A model generated the notes under the pieces. That model did not search any database, was not told where the DNA came from, and worked only from the letters and a program-made list of their open reading frames with translations. A stretch of DNA of 64,000 bases, taken from an uncultured delta proteobacterium. GTDB lineage: Bacteria; Desulfobacterota; Binatia; Binatales; Binataceae. A program made the translations under genes and the position numbers. How positions within the stretch are numbered: position 1 is the first letter of the stretch; each line of letters begins with the position of its first letter. Positions 51,045 to 60,854 of this stretch are shown here, in pieces. The stretch lies in the NCBI GenBank assembly GCA_963774705.1, contig CAVZFW010000015.1:138046-202045 (forward strand), written 5' to 3'.

Positions 51045-51250
51045 TCACGCGAAACATTGCGACAGAACCAGCGCATCCGCCCGCGGACAGCTCGAACATC
51101 CCTGCGACGTGAACAGCTGAAGAACAACTGGGCCGTCCTCCACCGCTTGGTTCGACTTGAAAATGCGGCGGGCCGACAGATGAAAGCCCATCCGAGCGCG
51201 AACAGAGCCGATACTGCAAAGATCCAGGGAATCGGACCGAATCTCACGCG
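51045..51250 (-). pseudogene. DUF1223 N-terminal fragment
   Basis: PVVLQLFTSQGCSSCPRADALV is the hallmark DUF1223 motif. The signal-like WIFAVSALFALGWAFICRPAA is in another frame. Truncated beside the IS6 end. Confidence 0.5.
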
Positions 51251-51377
51251 GAAAACTCGCACAAGCAATGTCTCGAATTTCACTTGAAGGCGGCGGCTGC
51301 TGCTCCGTCGCAAATACTCTGTCTCTGATTCGAGCCTTCACTAACCGTCTGTGTCTCAGGCTCCAACGCCAATTTAC

Positions 51378-52028
51378 TCAGTGAATGACCGGATATGATT
51401 CCGCGGCCACCATTTTCAGTTGGATCGATCGGGAGCGAAGGTAGGCGATGGCGCGAACCGCGAGCAATATCGCGAGAACCAACCCATAAGCCATCGGCTC
51501 GCGCACGTCGCGCTTGACCCTCCAGGTGAAGTGAATGACGGCGAGCGTCGGCGCCACGTAAGCCAGACGATGAAGCTGCTTCCATCGTACGTAACCGAGA
51601 CGTTTGACCGCCCGGTTTGTCGATGTCGCGGCGAGCGGCAGCAGCAACACAAAGGTGGCAAACCCGACGAAAATGAACCTCCGCTTCACGACATCGTCCG
51701 CGATCGCCCGCCAATCAAGACCTTGGTCCAACGCGGTATAGGTGGTGACGTGCAGCAGGGCATAGAAGGCAGCGAGGAGACCGAGCATCCGTCTCAACCG
51801 CATCGGCCAGGTCCAACCAAGAAGTGCCTTCAGCGGCGTGCACGCAAGCGCCGCGACCAGGAAGACGAGCGCGATCAACCCCAGTTGATTCAAGGCCTGG
51901 GCGATTGGATCTGCTCCAAGATCACCGTGCCAAGCCCGCAGCACAATGGCAGCGATCGGAACGAGCGATCCGGTGAGGACCGCCGGCTTGAGCCATGGCA
52001 GTGGCGGAAATTTCCCCGACGCTCCCAT
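51378..52028 (-). CDS. msrQ: protein-methionine-sulfoxide reductase heme-binding subunit MsrQ (YedZ)
   Basis: Start ATG 52028, 3 nt after the msrP stop. Ferric-reductase-like TM protein with LGLIALVFLVAALACTPL, RRMLGLLAFYALLH-type His helices, HRLAYVAPTLAVIHF. Confidence 0.85.
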   Translation of the reverse strand: MGASGKFPPLPWLKPAVLTGSLVPIAAIVLRAWHGDLGADPIAQALNQLGLIALVFLVAALACTPLKALLGWTWPMRLRRMLGLLAAFYALLHVTTYTALDQGLDWRAIADDVVKRRFIFVGFATFVLLLPLAATSTNRAVKRLGYVRWKQLHRLAYVAPTLAVIHFTWRVKRDVREPMAYGLVLAILLAVRAIAYLRSRSIQLKMVAAESYPVIH

Positions 52029-52030
52029 TT

Positions 52031-53026
52031 TTAGAAGAACCTCCGAAGATCCATTCCGGCATACAAGCCCGCGACCTGCTCCGCGTAGCCATTGAACGGC
52101 AAAGTTGGGCGGCGGTGATACTCGCCGATCCGCCTTTCGCTCGCCTGGCTCCATCGCGGATGATCTACGGCCGGATTCACGGTCGCGTAAAAGCCGTACT
52201 CCGCGGGCGCCGCGAGGTTCCAGGTGGTGGGAGGCGGCTGCTCTGCGAGACGAATTTTTACAATCGATTTGATTCCTTTGAATCCGTATTTCCAGGGGAC
52301 CACGAGTCGCAGAGGCGCCCCATTCTGGTTCGGCAGTCGCCGGCCGTAGAGGCCGACCGCGAGGATGGTTAACGGATGCGTCGCTTCATCGATGCGCAGC
52401 CCCTCGACATAGGGCCAATCGAGCAGACGGCTGCGCTGTTCCGGCATCTGTTCGGGATCGAGCAGGGAGGTGAACTCTACATACTTCGCGCGGCCGTTGG
52501 GCTCGACCCGGCGCAGCAGCCCTCCGAGCGGGAAGCCTACCCACGGAATCACCATCGACCAGCCTTCCACACAGCGCATACGGTAAGTGCGCTCCTCAGG
52601 TGGAAACCACCTGAGGAGTTGGTCGATATCGACGACGCGTGGCCTTGACACCTCGCCCTCGATCGTCACCGTCCACGGATACGGCCTGAGCGTGCGCGAG
52701 TTCTCGGCCGGATCGTTCTTGTCAGTGCCGAACTCGTAGAAGTTGTTGTAAGTGGTTACGCTGTCATATGTCGTCTTCAATTCTCCCGCGGCATAATCTG
52801 CTCGCCGAGCGATCTCAAACCCGGGGGAAGCCAGCAGTGCGTGCGCCTTCGCAGTTTCGTTACGGACATTGGCGCGAAGGCCTCGCATCAGCCAGAGCAG
52901 CGTGCTTCCGACACCAGCGCTCGTTGCAGCGAAGAGCGCGGAGTTCCGTAGGAATTCGCGACGCCTAAGGTATACCCGCTCGGGAGTAACCTCACTCGCG
53001 GGCTGGGTTTTGCCAATGCTGTCCAT
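52031..53026 (-). CDS. msrP: protein-methionine-sulfoxide reductase catalytic subunit MsrP (YedY), Tat-exported molybdoenzyme
   Basis: 331 aa. Tat-like [74 protein letters not shown] are YedY blocks. Confidence 0.9.
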   Translation of the reverse strand: MDSIGKTQPASEVTPERVYLRRREFLRNSALFAATSAGVGSTLLWLMRGLRANVRNETAKAHALLASPGFEIARRADYAAGELKTTYDSVTTYNNFYEFGTDKNDPAENSRTLRPYPWTVTIEGEVSRPRVVDIDQLLRWFPPEERTYRMRCVEGWSMVIPWVGFPLGGLLRRVEPNGRAKYVEFTSLLDPEQMPEQRSRLLDWPYVEGLRIDEATHPLTILAVGLYGRRLPNQNGAPLRLVVPWKYGFKGIKSIVKIRLAEQPPPTTWNLAAPAEYGFYATVNPAVDHPRWSQASERRIGEYHRRPTLPFNGYAEQVAGLYAGMDLRRFF

Positions 53027-53172
53027 GAAACGCGCCGCTCTTTTTCAATCGCAAGCGATATGGCTCAGGCAGATTGGGAGTGCGTCCGCGTAGCCGTCAT
53101 CTCCGGCATCAACCCCATTGCCAGGCACGTATAGTCCGAGCGTTCGACGAGGTTCCTTCTCCATGCCTAATG

Positions 53173-53198
53173 TTTCGGATGAGGGCCAGATAAGTTAC
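53173..53198 (-). promoter_or_regulatory. ECF-type promoter motif, site 5
   Basis: Minus strand reads GTAACTTATCTGGCCCTCATCCGAAA. 146 nt upstream of the msrP ATG. Confidence 0.55.
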
Positions 53199-53394
53199 AG
53201 GGTCTTAAATTCGACTTCAAAACTCTGACGCTCGTGTTCGACACTGCATGCTTGGAAGGCATCGGCTCTTTGAGGTGCATGGCACAGTCGCCGCCGATCG
53301 AAAAGTGCTGCGTGAGCAGCAGGTCAGGCGGCACGGTGGCGACGCACGAGACGCAAGTTGAAGCCGAGCTAGGCCCCACCAGCCAGGGCCGAGA

Positions 53395-53925
53395 GCGCGA
53401 TAGCCGCCAACGCCGGTAAAAAGGTGCCATGTGACAAATGCAACGGTTCGTCTATTGGGTACGCTATGCGCTTCATCGCGAAGGCGAAATATAGGGCTCC
53501 AGCACCTATCCAAGCCCCTGATATCCCCCCCTTCGATCGGCGCCCCTAGCCCAACCTCCCACATCAGCGCCGACCACGGCAGCGACGGGCGTGCGCAGGT
53601 AACGCGCGCACCGCATTCCAACGCGGACAAACTCGAGTAGCGAACCGCTCGTATCGATCGGCCAAGCTAGGATGAGCGCGGCGGTTCCTGCTATTACCAG
53701 CGAAATGATAATCCGACATCAGCGGGACGCACGGTCCGACCCGTAATCGCGGACCTTAGTGTCATGTGGGCGGAAAGCGCTGCTGCCAGGGCAAAGAACG
53801 CCACCTCGAGTACGTAGCTGGGTCCGGCGAGCTTGAGCATAAAGTTGTGCGTGTCTGGGCCACGACCCATGTAAACACACCGGCTTCTGCTGCGAGCCAT
53901 AGCGCCAGTCGTATGCTGATCGGCG
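53395..53925 (-). pseudogene. second NrsF (DUF1109) copy, frameshifted and 5-prime truncated
   Basis: SIRLALWLAAEAGVFTWVV, LKLAGPSYVLEVAFFALAAALSAHMTLRSAITGR, LEFVRVGMRCA, RIAYPIDEPLHL align in order with the intact protein at 47329-48027 but in several frames. Confidence 0.55.
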
Positions 53926-54470
53926 GCGCCACGATGACGGCCTGGATCTCGTCGAGGTTCGGCCGCAAGCGCTATTTTCTGGCGTCGGTGTTTGCTTTCG
54001 TCGCAGCATCGGCCTTGTGCGGCGCCGCACAATCGCTCAGCCAGATGATCGGCTTCCGCCTGATTCAGGGAGCGGCGGGCGCGGCGATGATTCCGTCTTC
54101 CCAAGCGATCCTGATGGAAACATTTCCACCAGATGAACAGCAGATGGCGATGGCACTATGGGGCGTGGGCCTGATGGTCGCTCCTATCCTTGGGCCGACT
54201 GTAGGCGGCTGGATCACCGATAACTGGAATTGGCGGTGGAACTTTTACATAAACGTGCCGATCGGCTTCATCGCATTCGCCATGGTCTCCGCCTTTGTCC
54301 ATGATCCGGCGTACATGCGCCAAAGCCGCGCGCAAAAAGGCAAAGTCGATTACCTCGGAATCGTGCTGCTGATTTTAAGCCTGGGCGTTTTGCAGATTGT
54401 GCTCGATCGCGGCCAGCGCGCCGGCTGGTTCAATTCGCCCTGGGTAGTTTATGCAACTGCGGTTGCCGGA
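53926..54470 (+). pseudogene. MFS (DHA2/EmrB-like) transporter internal fragment
   Basis: WISSRFGRKRYFLASVFAFVAASALCGAAQSLSQMIGFRLIQGAAGAAMIPSSQAIL...GPTVGGWITDNWNWRWNFYINVPIG covers only about TM3-TM7. No start, and homology ends near 54470. Confidence 0.65.
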
Positions 54471-54495
54471 CGATTCCGGTTGTCCGAGAGTCAGA

Positions 54496-55104
54496 TCAAC
54501 GCTCCGCGGAAGTATCGACAGTGTGTTGGTCGTCGGGCGGTTGTCCAATTTGCGCCGCTTTACCAGTCATCGGCGCCATGCCGACACCGTGTTCGTAAAC
54601 GAGTTCTCCGCCAGTCTTGCCCTGGTAGAGAAGCGCACCCGCGGCGACGATGGCGGCAAATAGAAAGACCACGCGGGTGCGCCGAAGGCGGTTCGATAAC
54701 TCAAACATCACGCGCCACGCTGCAAGAATCAAAAACGCATACATGAGGCGCTGCCCGAGAACTGCGTGAGACAGGTAATCGGGACCGTTAGAGGACAAAA
54801 GAATTTGCTGCGCGGCAGGAGAGATAGTGTCCCAGAGCCGATCGGCTTCCGCGTCGCCGCTGAAGTATGACAGGACGCCGGCGGCCGCCCCGCCGATCAT
54901 CAGGAAGAGCGAAGTGCTCCGGAGCTTCTGGCCCCATCCAGCCAGGAAGCCCATCCGGCCGCGAGAGAGCAGGATCGCCGCGGCGGAGAGGAGTTCCGCG
55001 GCGACCCCGACGGTCAGCAGCGCGATCGTGAAGTGATCGACGATCGGATGCAGATGATAGGTTCCTGACCAGTTGAGCAACCATCGAGTCTCTCCGCCCG
55101 ACAT
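54496..55104 (-). CDS. DUF2231-family membrane protein
   Basis: 202 aa. HLHPIVDHFTIALLTVGVAAELL start motif, four further TM helices, C-terminal GGELVYEHGVG. Confidence 0.7.
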   Translation of the reverse strand: MSGGETRWLLNWSGTYHLHPIVDHFTIALLTVGVAAELLSAAAILLSRGRMGFLAGWGQKLRSTSLFLMIGGAAAGVLSYFSGDAEADRLWDTISPAAQQILLSSNGPDYLSHAVLGQRLMYAFLILAAWRVMFELSNRLRRTRVVFLFAAIVAAGALLYQGKTGGELVYEHGVGMAPMTGKAAQIGQPPDDQHTVDTSAER

Positions 55105-55125
55105 CTATCCGCTGATCGTGAGGCC

Positions 55126-55536
55126 TTACTCGACCACCGCAACTTTCATCTTCATGTTGCCGTGGCCGGTGCCGCAATAGTGGTCGCAGATGACCGTAAA
55201 GTTGCCGGCGGTGTCGGGCCTCACGGCGACATCGGTCGTCTTGCCCGCGGCGATATCGGTATCGATTTTCAGCGGCCGCGACATGAAACCATGCACGCGA
55301 TCGGCGCTGCTCAGCCGCAGAATCACCGGCTCGCCCTTCTTGAGTGTGATCGCACTCGGTGAGAAGGCGAATTTTTTTGCGCTGATCTCGATCACTTTCG
55401 GTTCGACTGCCGCGTTGGCCGTTTCCTGCGCACGCACCAGATTGCCATGCGGCGTGAGGGCCGCGAGCCCAATCCCGAATGCCGCCGCGCGAATAATCGT
55501 GTTGACGAGTCGCTTTCTAGCCATGGTCGTTTTCAT
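55126..55536 (-). CDS. exported cupredoxin with a CuA-type ligand set
   Basis: 136 aa with a signal peptide. H(RVHGF)-x34-C-x3-C-x3-H-x2-M (ICDHYCGTGHGNM) has the same spacing as the CuA site of cytochrome oxidase subunit II. Confidence 0.7.
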   Translation of the reverse strand: MKTTMARKRLVNTIIRAAAFGIGLAALTPHGNLVRAQETANAAVEPKVIEISAKKFAFSPSAITLKKGEPVILRLSSADRVHGFMSRPLKIDTDIAAGKTTDVAVRPDTAGNFTVICDHYCGTGHGNMKMKVAVVE

Positions 55537-56543
55537 CTTCCTACTCGATCCTTTGCGTCGTTGCTTCCGTGTTTGAGCAATTGATCCATCCCGACCGTGC
55601 CCGAGTACTCGGCGGTCGCGAGCTCTACTTCCTCGATCTGCAAATCGCCGCCGTCGGCGTTGCCGTTAATCCGCCGCAAGCCCAGGTCCTTGAAAGGCTG
55701 TGACTTGTCGAAGGCCAAGGGTTTTTTCTCAGGGGCGATCGCGGGGTCGGGGAAAGCGAATATCAGCGATCGCGCAGCGTACATTTTCGTGTTGCCGGCC
55801 TGGTGAAAGTTCTCGCGATGAATGTGGCCGTAGAGTACGGTGACGTTTTCGTACGGTGCAAGCGCGTTCATCACGTCGTCGCCGTCGCTGGTGAACCATT
55901 CCCATTCGGGCTTGAGGTCGAACAGCGGACGATGCGTGAAGACGATGATCGGCGCGGTTTTCGGAAAGCGCGCGAGATCGGACTTCATCCACGCGAGTTG
56001 CTCGGCGCCGACCGCGGGCCGTCCGGCGGAGACGTTGTCGAGCGCGATGAAGTGGACGCCGCGATGGTCGAACGAATAATGGGTGGGCCCCATGAATTCG
56101 CGGAACATCTCGCCACCGTCGAGCGCGGCGTCATTCTCGCCCGGCACCACCTTGACTTGCGCGCCGCCGATTTTGCCCGAGATTTCCTTGAACAGCCTGA
56201 AGCGCTTGGCGTGCTCGTCCGGAGAGTCGGCATCGTGGGTCAGATCGCCGGTGACGATCACCAGGTCGGGGCGATTTTTGAGCCCGTTGATAGTGGCGAC
56301 CGCGCTTTCGAATGCCTTGGTGCCCAGCGGATCGGGTGGTCCGTTGAAGCCGACGTGCGAGTCGCTTAGCTGCACGAATGAGAAGGGTGCGGGGGCTTCA
56401 CCGTTGAGCTCGGCGAGCGTGCGCACGATCCCCTCGGCGCCGGCGCTACGCGTAAGTGCGGGGAACACACTATAGAGCGCGCCGATGCTGAACGTCGTTC
56501 CTGCGACGCGCAGGAACGATCGACGATCAAATTTGGCGTTCAT
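55533..56543 (-). CDS. Tat-exported metallophosphoesterase
   Basis: Start ATG 56543 (AAGGAG RBS). Twin-arginine FDRRSFLRVAGTT. Calcineurin-like blocks QLSDSHVG, VTGDLTHD, PGENDA, VFTHRP, YGHIHRE. ATGA overlap with the cupredoxin gene. Confidence 0.85.
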   Translation of the reverse strand: MNAKFDRRSFLRVAGTTFSIGALYSVFPALTRSAGAEGIVRTLAELNGEAPAPFSFVQLSDSHVGFNGPPDPLGTKAFESAVATINGLKNRPDLVIVTGDLTHDADSPDEHAKRFRLFKEISGKIGGAQVKVVPGENDAALDGGEMFREFMGPTHYSFDHRGVHFIALDNVSAGRPAVGAEQLAWMKSDLARFPKTAPIIVFTHRPLFDLKPEWEWFTSDGDDVMNALAPYENVTVLYGHIHRENFHQAGNTKMYAARSLIFAFPDPAIAPEKKPLAFDKSQPFKDLGLRRINGNADGGDLQIEEVELATAEYSGTVGMDQLLKHGSNDAKDRVGR

Positions 56544-56777
56544 CAAATATCTCCTTGCGCTGATTTGCGCCTTCAGCGAACAAGACTCGGCGGAGGGAGA
56601 AAAATTCCCGCGAGCGAATCGCAAATTTGTCGGGAATAAAATTGGCGCCTGCGTGGTTTGTTAGTGAACGAGGAAGGTGAGCGAAGGAGACGCGATTGTT
56701 GGACCGGCGCAAAGCCGTCGATTTCGACCGCGCGTTACTGCCCTGTCTTCTATTCGGCACGGGAAGCGGAAATTGGA

Positions 56778-57518
56778 ATGGAAACACGAGCTTTTGAATT
56801 GATGGAGCACGATTTTAGTTGCCGCAGTCATCAGCCGGAAATGATGGATGGGGAAGCCACAGGTTTCGAGGACTTCCGCAAATGCCTGCGAGACCTTGAG
56901 ATGGTAAACGTCTGCACGCTCGCTTATCGTCCCACGCTCAATTGGTTGAAAAGGGCTTTGCGTGGCGATAAATCGCGGCAGCCAGTTTTCATTCTGGATA
57001 TCGGCAGCGGCGGCGGCGGCATGCTGCGCAAGATATGGAGATGGGCTCAGCGGAGCGGGCGCGAGACCTGTCTCACGGGCGTCGATGTCAATCCTTGGTC
57101 AAAAAAATCGGCAGAAAGTGTCACGCCGCCTCACGCACCGATTCAGTACGAAACCGCCGATATTTTTTCCTTCGACCCGGACCGCCGCGCCGATTTCATC
57201 ATAAGCTCGCTATTCACGCATCATCTGAGCGATAACGAAGTGGTCAAATTCTTGCGCTGGATGGATGGTCACGCCACGCGAGGATGGTTTATCAATGACC
57301 TACATCGCCATCCACTGCCTTTTTTTCTGATCCGTTATGTAACTCGCCTGCTGGGATTCGGTCTAATGGTCCAGCATGACGGACCGATCTCGGTGGCGCG
57401 CGCCTTTACTGCAGCGGATTGGCGGCGCCTTGTCGCGGAAGCGGGAATCCCGATGAGGCGGATCCGCATCAACTGGTTTTTCCCATTCCGCTATTGTGTC
57501 GCGGGGCGAACAATATGA
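56778..57518 (+). CDS. class I SAM-dependent methyltransferase
   Basis: Start ATG 56778. Motif I VFILDIGSGGGGM. FIISSLFTHHL post-I region. Confidence 0.75.
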   Translation: METRAFELMEHDFSCRSHQPEMMDGEATGFEDFRKCLRDLEMVNVCTLAYRPTLNWLKRALRGDKSRQPVFILDIGSGGGGMLRKIWRWAQRSGRETCLTGVDVNPWSKKSAESVTPPHAPIQYETADIFSFDPDRRADFIISSLFTHHLSDNEVVKFLRWMDGHATRGWFINDLHRHPLPFFLIRYVTRLLGFGLMVQHDGPISVARAFTAADWRRLVAEAGIPMRRIRINWFFPFRYCVAGRTI

Positions 57519-58024
57519 CGAGATGGAACGAAGCAGTAGTTGGTCGCGGCGGCGGGCTCTTAGAGCGAACGCCCGTGATTATACGCCCAGAAACGCAGTG
57601 GGGCCGGCGCAATGGAGACCCGCGAGCAGGAACGATCCAAAACCGAACATCGCCTGCGGCGGGTTCGCGGGAAACCACCAGCACTGACATCAGTACGAGG
57701 GCTGAGATCAGCGTCAGCTTATTCGCCACAACCTCACGAACTAGTATTGCTGCCCGCTGTTCCGGCGTGTTTTATTCCGCGGGCTCCGTAACCTTTGCAC
57801 CCGCGTACTGCAAGACCACTATGACCGGCTGATTCGAAGAACGACGCGGAGTTCGTCGAGCGCTCTATAACAACTACGAAAATCCGACACCGCTCGCCGC
57901 GTGAATACAAGAAGACCCTCGTCGATTGTTCAGTCGGCGAGATCACAGGAGTGCGAACTGCGGGATCTTGGCGATGTCTTCACGTCAAATTCGCAACGCA
58001 GACCGCCGTAACCAGGAGCAATCA

Positions 58025-59503
58025 ATGAATAATCGATCGACCAAACGCTTTAGAAAAAGGAAAGGGCCGGTTCTGGCGATGCCCCTCCTGCTGGCGGCGC
58101 TGGCCGCTTCACCGGTTGCGATAAGCTACGCTGAGCAACCGCCATCGCCGTGTCATCCGAATCCTACCGCCGCCGCGGACGAGGTCGCGATACGCGCTCG
58201 CGGTGACATCGCTTCGCTGCCCGGACCGTTACAGGATCGGCTGGCCCAACTAGCGAACCGGCCGCATACGGTTGTGCCCTTACAGGTATTCAATGAAGCG
58301 GATGGAGCCAGCCAACTCTTTCAATACTATTTATTGGATACTTCGGGCTTTCAGCCGAACGTCTTCACGACAATCTTTCCGGGTGTCAATGATCACGTGC
58401 AGTTAACGGTCACCGGCGCGAATTGCGGGATGTCCACGGTCGGCGCAGTTCGTGTTGTGCTAGAACCCAAACCCGGTCTTCCGACCGATCCGAACAACCC
58501 TCGCGCCTTCATCGACGTATTTACCGACATCGACCCGATGTTTGTCATCAACAACGAAAGTGGCTGGTACGAGGGTTGGATGATCCACGATCTCACTGTA
58601 CCGAACGTGAATGCGACGCCGCGCCCAGATGGTCACGCGCAGTTCGGTGCGATTCTGCCCGCGGATGCTGCGGCGCTGAAGGCGATGGGGAGCGGGAATA
58701 ATATTCCGGGCAACATATTTGCCATGGACGGAAATGCAGTCCATTTCCCAAGTGCCTCTGACCATTTCCCTGATATTCAGACCAACGTTGTTCCGATCTA
58801 CTTGAGCATGGGGGCCTATAATGCCCTGCAACAGTCGGACGTACATTCGTACTGGGAGTTCAACTATCAAGGAACGAATTGGGTCCATCCGCTTTATGAG
58901 CTGCCTTTTACTGGCGGGTTTCCGGACAATTTCGGAGCAGCGCCCGACACGTTCGAGGATGGCGAGATCGGCAAGGTGCTATCGATAGTTCCCGGGCCCG
59001 GACCTGCGGGCAAAGAGAACAGTCCAGTCACCGTCGGTGACAACCCCAATCTGCCGCGCGATCCCGACAAATTCGACGCAGATGCCGGTTTCGACAATCA
59101 GCGCGAGTTCAGGGAGCGCGGCATTCCCAGCGGCTTGGCCAACGAGATTTTCCTCGACGTTTATGAGCGGCTCGCTTCATTCATGCCAAAGGAGAAAAAG
59201 CTGGAGAGCAGGTTGTACGAGGCTTATGCAGACGAGGTTGCACGCGTGGACAAGACTCACGGGGGCATAATCACGGCGGCGACGGGAGACATCGATACGG
59301 CAACTGATGGGTTCCCGAACAACGAGCGTTTGTATCTCCCGGCGACAGCCTTCAATCGCTTCGCCGTAACCCGGGAGATTAATGACGGGTCGTTGGCGCC
59401 GCGCTTCTCTCCCAGTCAGCGAGGCTGGGTCCTTTCTGGAGTGATGGTCCCCGTCAGCCCCGCGGTGACTGCCTCCACAGGACGTGACGCGGACGATCGC
59501 TAG
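58025..59503 (+). CDS. 492-aa secreted hypothetical protein
   Basis: ATG 58025 with AGGAG RBS. Signal KGPVLAMPLLLAALAASPVAISYA. Long intact ORF with GC-rich codon usage. No family recognised. Confidence 0.6.
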   Translation: MNNRSTKRFRKRKGPVLAMPLLLAALAASPVAISYAEQPPSPCHPNPTAAADEVAIRARGDIASLPGPLQDRLAQLANRPHTVVPLQVFNEADGASQLFQYYLLDTSGFQPNVFTTIFPGVNDHVQLTVTGANCGMSTVGAVRVVLEPKPGLPTDPNNPRAFIDVFTDIDPMFVINNESGWYEGWMIHDLTVPNVNATPRPDGHAQFGAILPADAAALKAMGSGNNIPGNIFAMDGNAVHFPSASDHFPDIQTNVVPIYLSMGAYNALQQSDVHSYWEFNYQGTNWVHPLYELPFTGGFPDNFGAAPDTFEDGEIGKVLSIVPGPGPAGKENSPVTVGDNPNLPRDPDKFDADAGFDNQREFRERGIPSGLANEIFLDVYERLASFMPKEKKLESRLYEAYADEVARVDKTHGGIITAATGDIDTATDGFPNNERLYLPATAFNRFAVTREINDGSLAPRFSPSQRGWVLSGVMVPVSPAVTASTGRDADDR

Positions 59504-60149
59504 ATCTGTACCTCAGTGATCCAAGGGAGCGTCAGGACGCGACCACCCTCAGTCGCGGGAGCAGCGGACTGACGCTCTCAAGCAGGGCAGAATCGACTTG
59601 TCAAAGGCTTGTTTAGGTGCCCCCGCACGGGAAACATCAAACTCCGGACGCTACTCATAAACGCGGGCAAATTGGGGGATTGCGTAAAGCACACCATCTG
59701 GTAGCGCAGCTCACGACTGAACTTTTATTTCGGAAAGCTCGTGGCCGCTCAAGAAGGGCGGGTGGGCGGCAATGTGATCACGTTGGGAATATTTCGCTCC
59801 CGTAAATTGTCGATCAGTATGAGGGCAGAAGCTCCCGAAAGAGTTAGCGATGGGAAGTGCCGACATACGTGAGAGATCTGGAAGCTAGTACGATACATCC
59901 ACAGTGGCGTCAGGCACGCGCTTTCGCGGCGCACGCCGCTTCCAGAGGAGGGAACGCCGAAATTGGAAAAGACTTTCAATTCGTGGCTTTTCGCAAGGGC
60001 GAGGGCGGCGGTGCGGCCGCTCAGCGGCACAGAACCGATGAAGTTATGCGAAGCGTACCGAAGTACGGGCATCTATATTAGGTGTGAACGTTGATCCGTT
60101 TACCTAATTGTAGCGTGGCACCGTTGCGTGCGGTCTGGACGACTCCGTA

Positions 60150-60854
60150 ATGACATCCGCCATCTTATCGTGGAGCAATGCTGCACACCATAGCGACCAT
60201 GACGCGGCGCCCGCAGTTCCCTATAAGATCGTCGAGATTCAATCAGCTTCGACGCAATTTAAATGGCGGACGTTACGGTTGGGCAAAGAAGATCTAAACA
60301 GTCGTTTTGAACTGCTGGTGCTGCCGCATCTCGACTCCGCCTACAATCTCGCCCACTGGCTCTTGCGCGATGAGCAGGACGCGAAGGATGTTGCGCAGGA
60401 AGCTCTGCTGCGTGCGTTCAGATTTTTCGATCAATTCCGCGGAATGGACGCGCGCCCATGGCTGCTGAAGATTGTGCGCAATGCCTCGTTTACGTGGCTC
60501 CAGCAAAAGCGCGCGAAGAACGCTGTCTCCCTCGACGATGATGACGAAGAAGATCAAAACCAAATCCAGGGCGCGGCGGCCACCTCGAGTCACGCTCCGG
60601 ACAGCATCGCCGCCGATCCAGAGGAACTGATGCTGGCGAAGGTCGATCGGCAGATTATGAATGCCGCGATCGAGCGTCTACCGGTCAAGTTCAAGGAAGT
60701 CCTGCTTTTGCGTGAATTCGAAGATCTCTCGTATAAGGAGATCGCGATGGTTGCTGAAGTCCCGGTCGGCACCGTGATGTCTCGGCTCGGGCGCGCTCGC
60801 GCTTTGCTGACAAAACACCTGCAAGAAGAATTGAGCACTAAGGTGCCAGTATGA
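60150..60854 (+). CDS. ECF-type sigma factor (sigma 3)
   Basis: LDSAYNLAHWLLRDEQDAKDVAQEALLRAFRFFDQFRGMDARPWLLKIVRN (region 2). LPVKFKEVLLLREFEDLSYKEIAMVAEVPVGTVMSRLGRARALL (region 4). The N-terminal 45 aa may not be coding. Confidence 0.85.
   Translation: MTSAILSWSNAAHHSDHDAAPAVPYKIVEIQSASTQFKWRTLRLGKEDLNSRFELLVLPHLDSAYNLAHWLLRDEQDAKDVAQEALLRAFRFFDQFRGMDARPWLLKIVRNASFTWLQQKRAKNAVSLDDDDEEDQNQIQGAAATSSHAPDSIAADPEELMLAKVDRQIMNAAIERLPVKFKEVLLLREFEDLSYKEIAMVAEVPVGTVMSRLGRARALLTKHLQEELSTKVPV

Noticed and set aside
53766-54746. 326-aa plus-strand ORF
   Set aside because: Only residues ~51-235 are MFS-like. The N-terminal part is antisense to the NrsF remnant and the C-terminal part is antisense to the DUF2231 gene.
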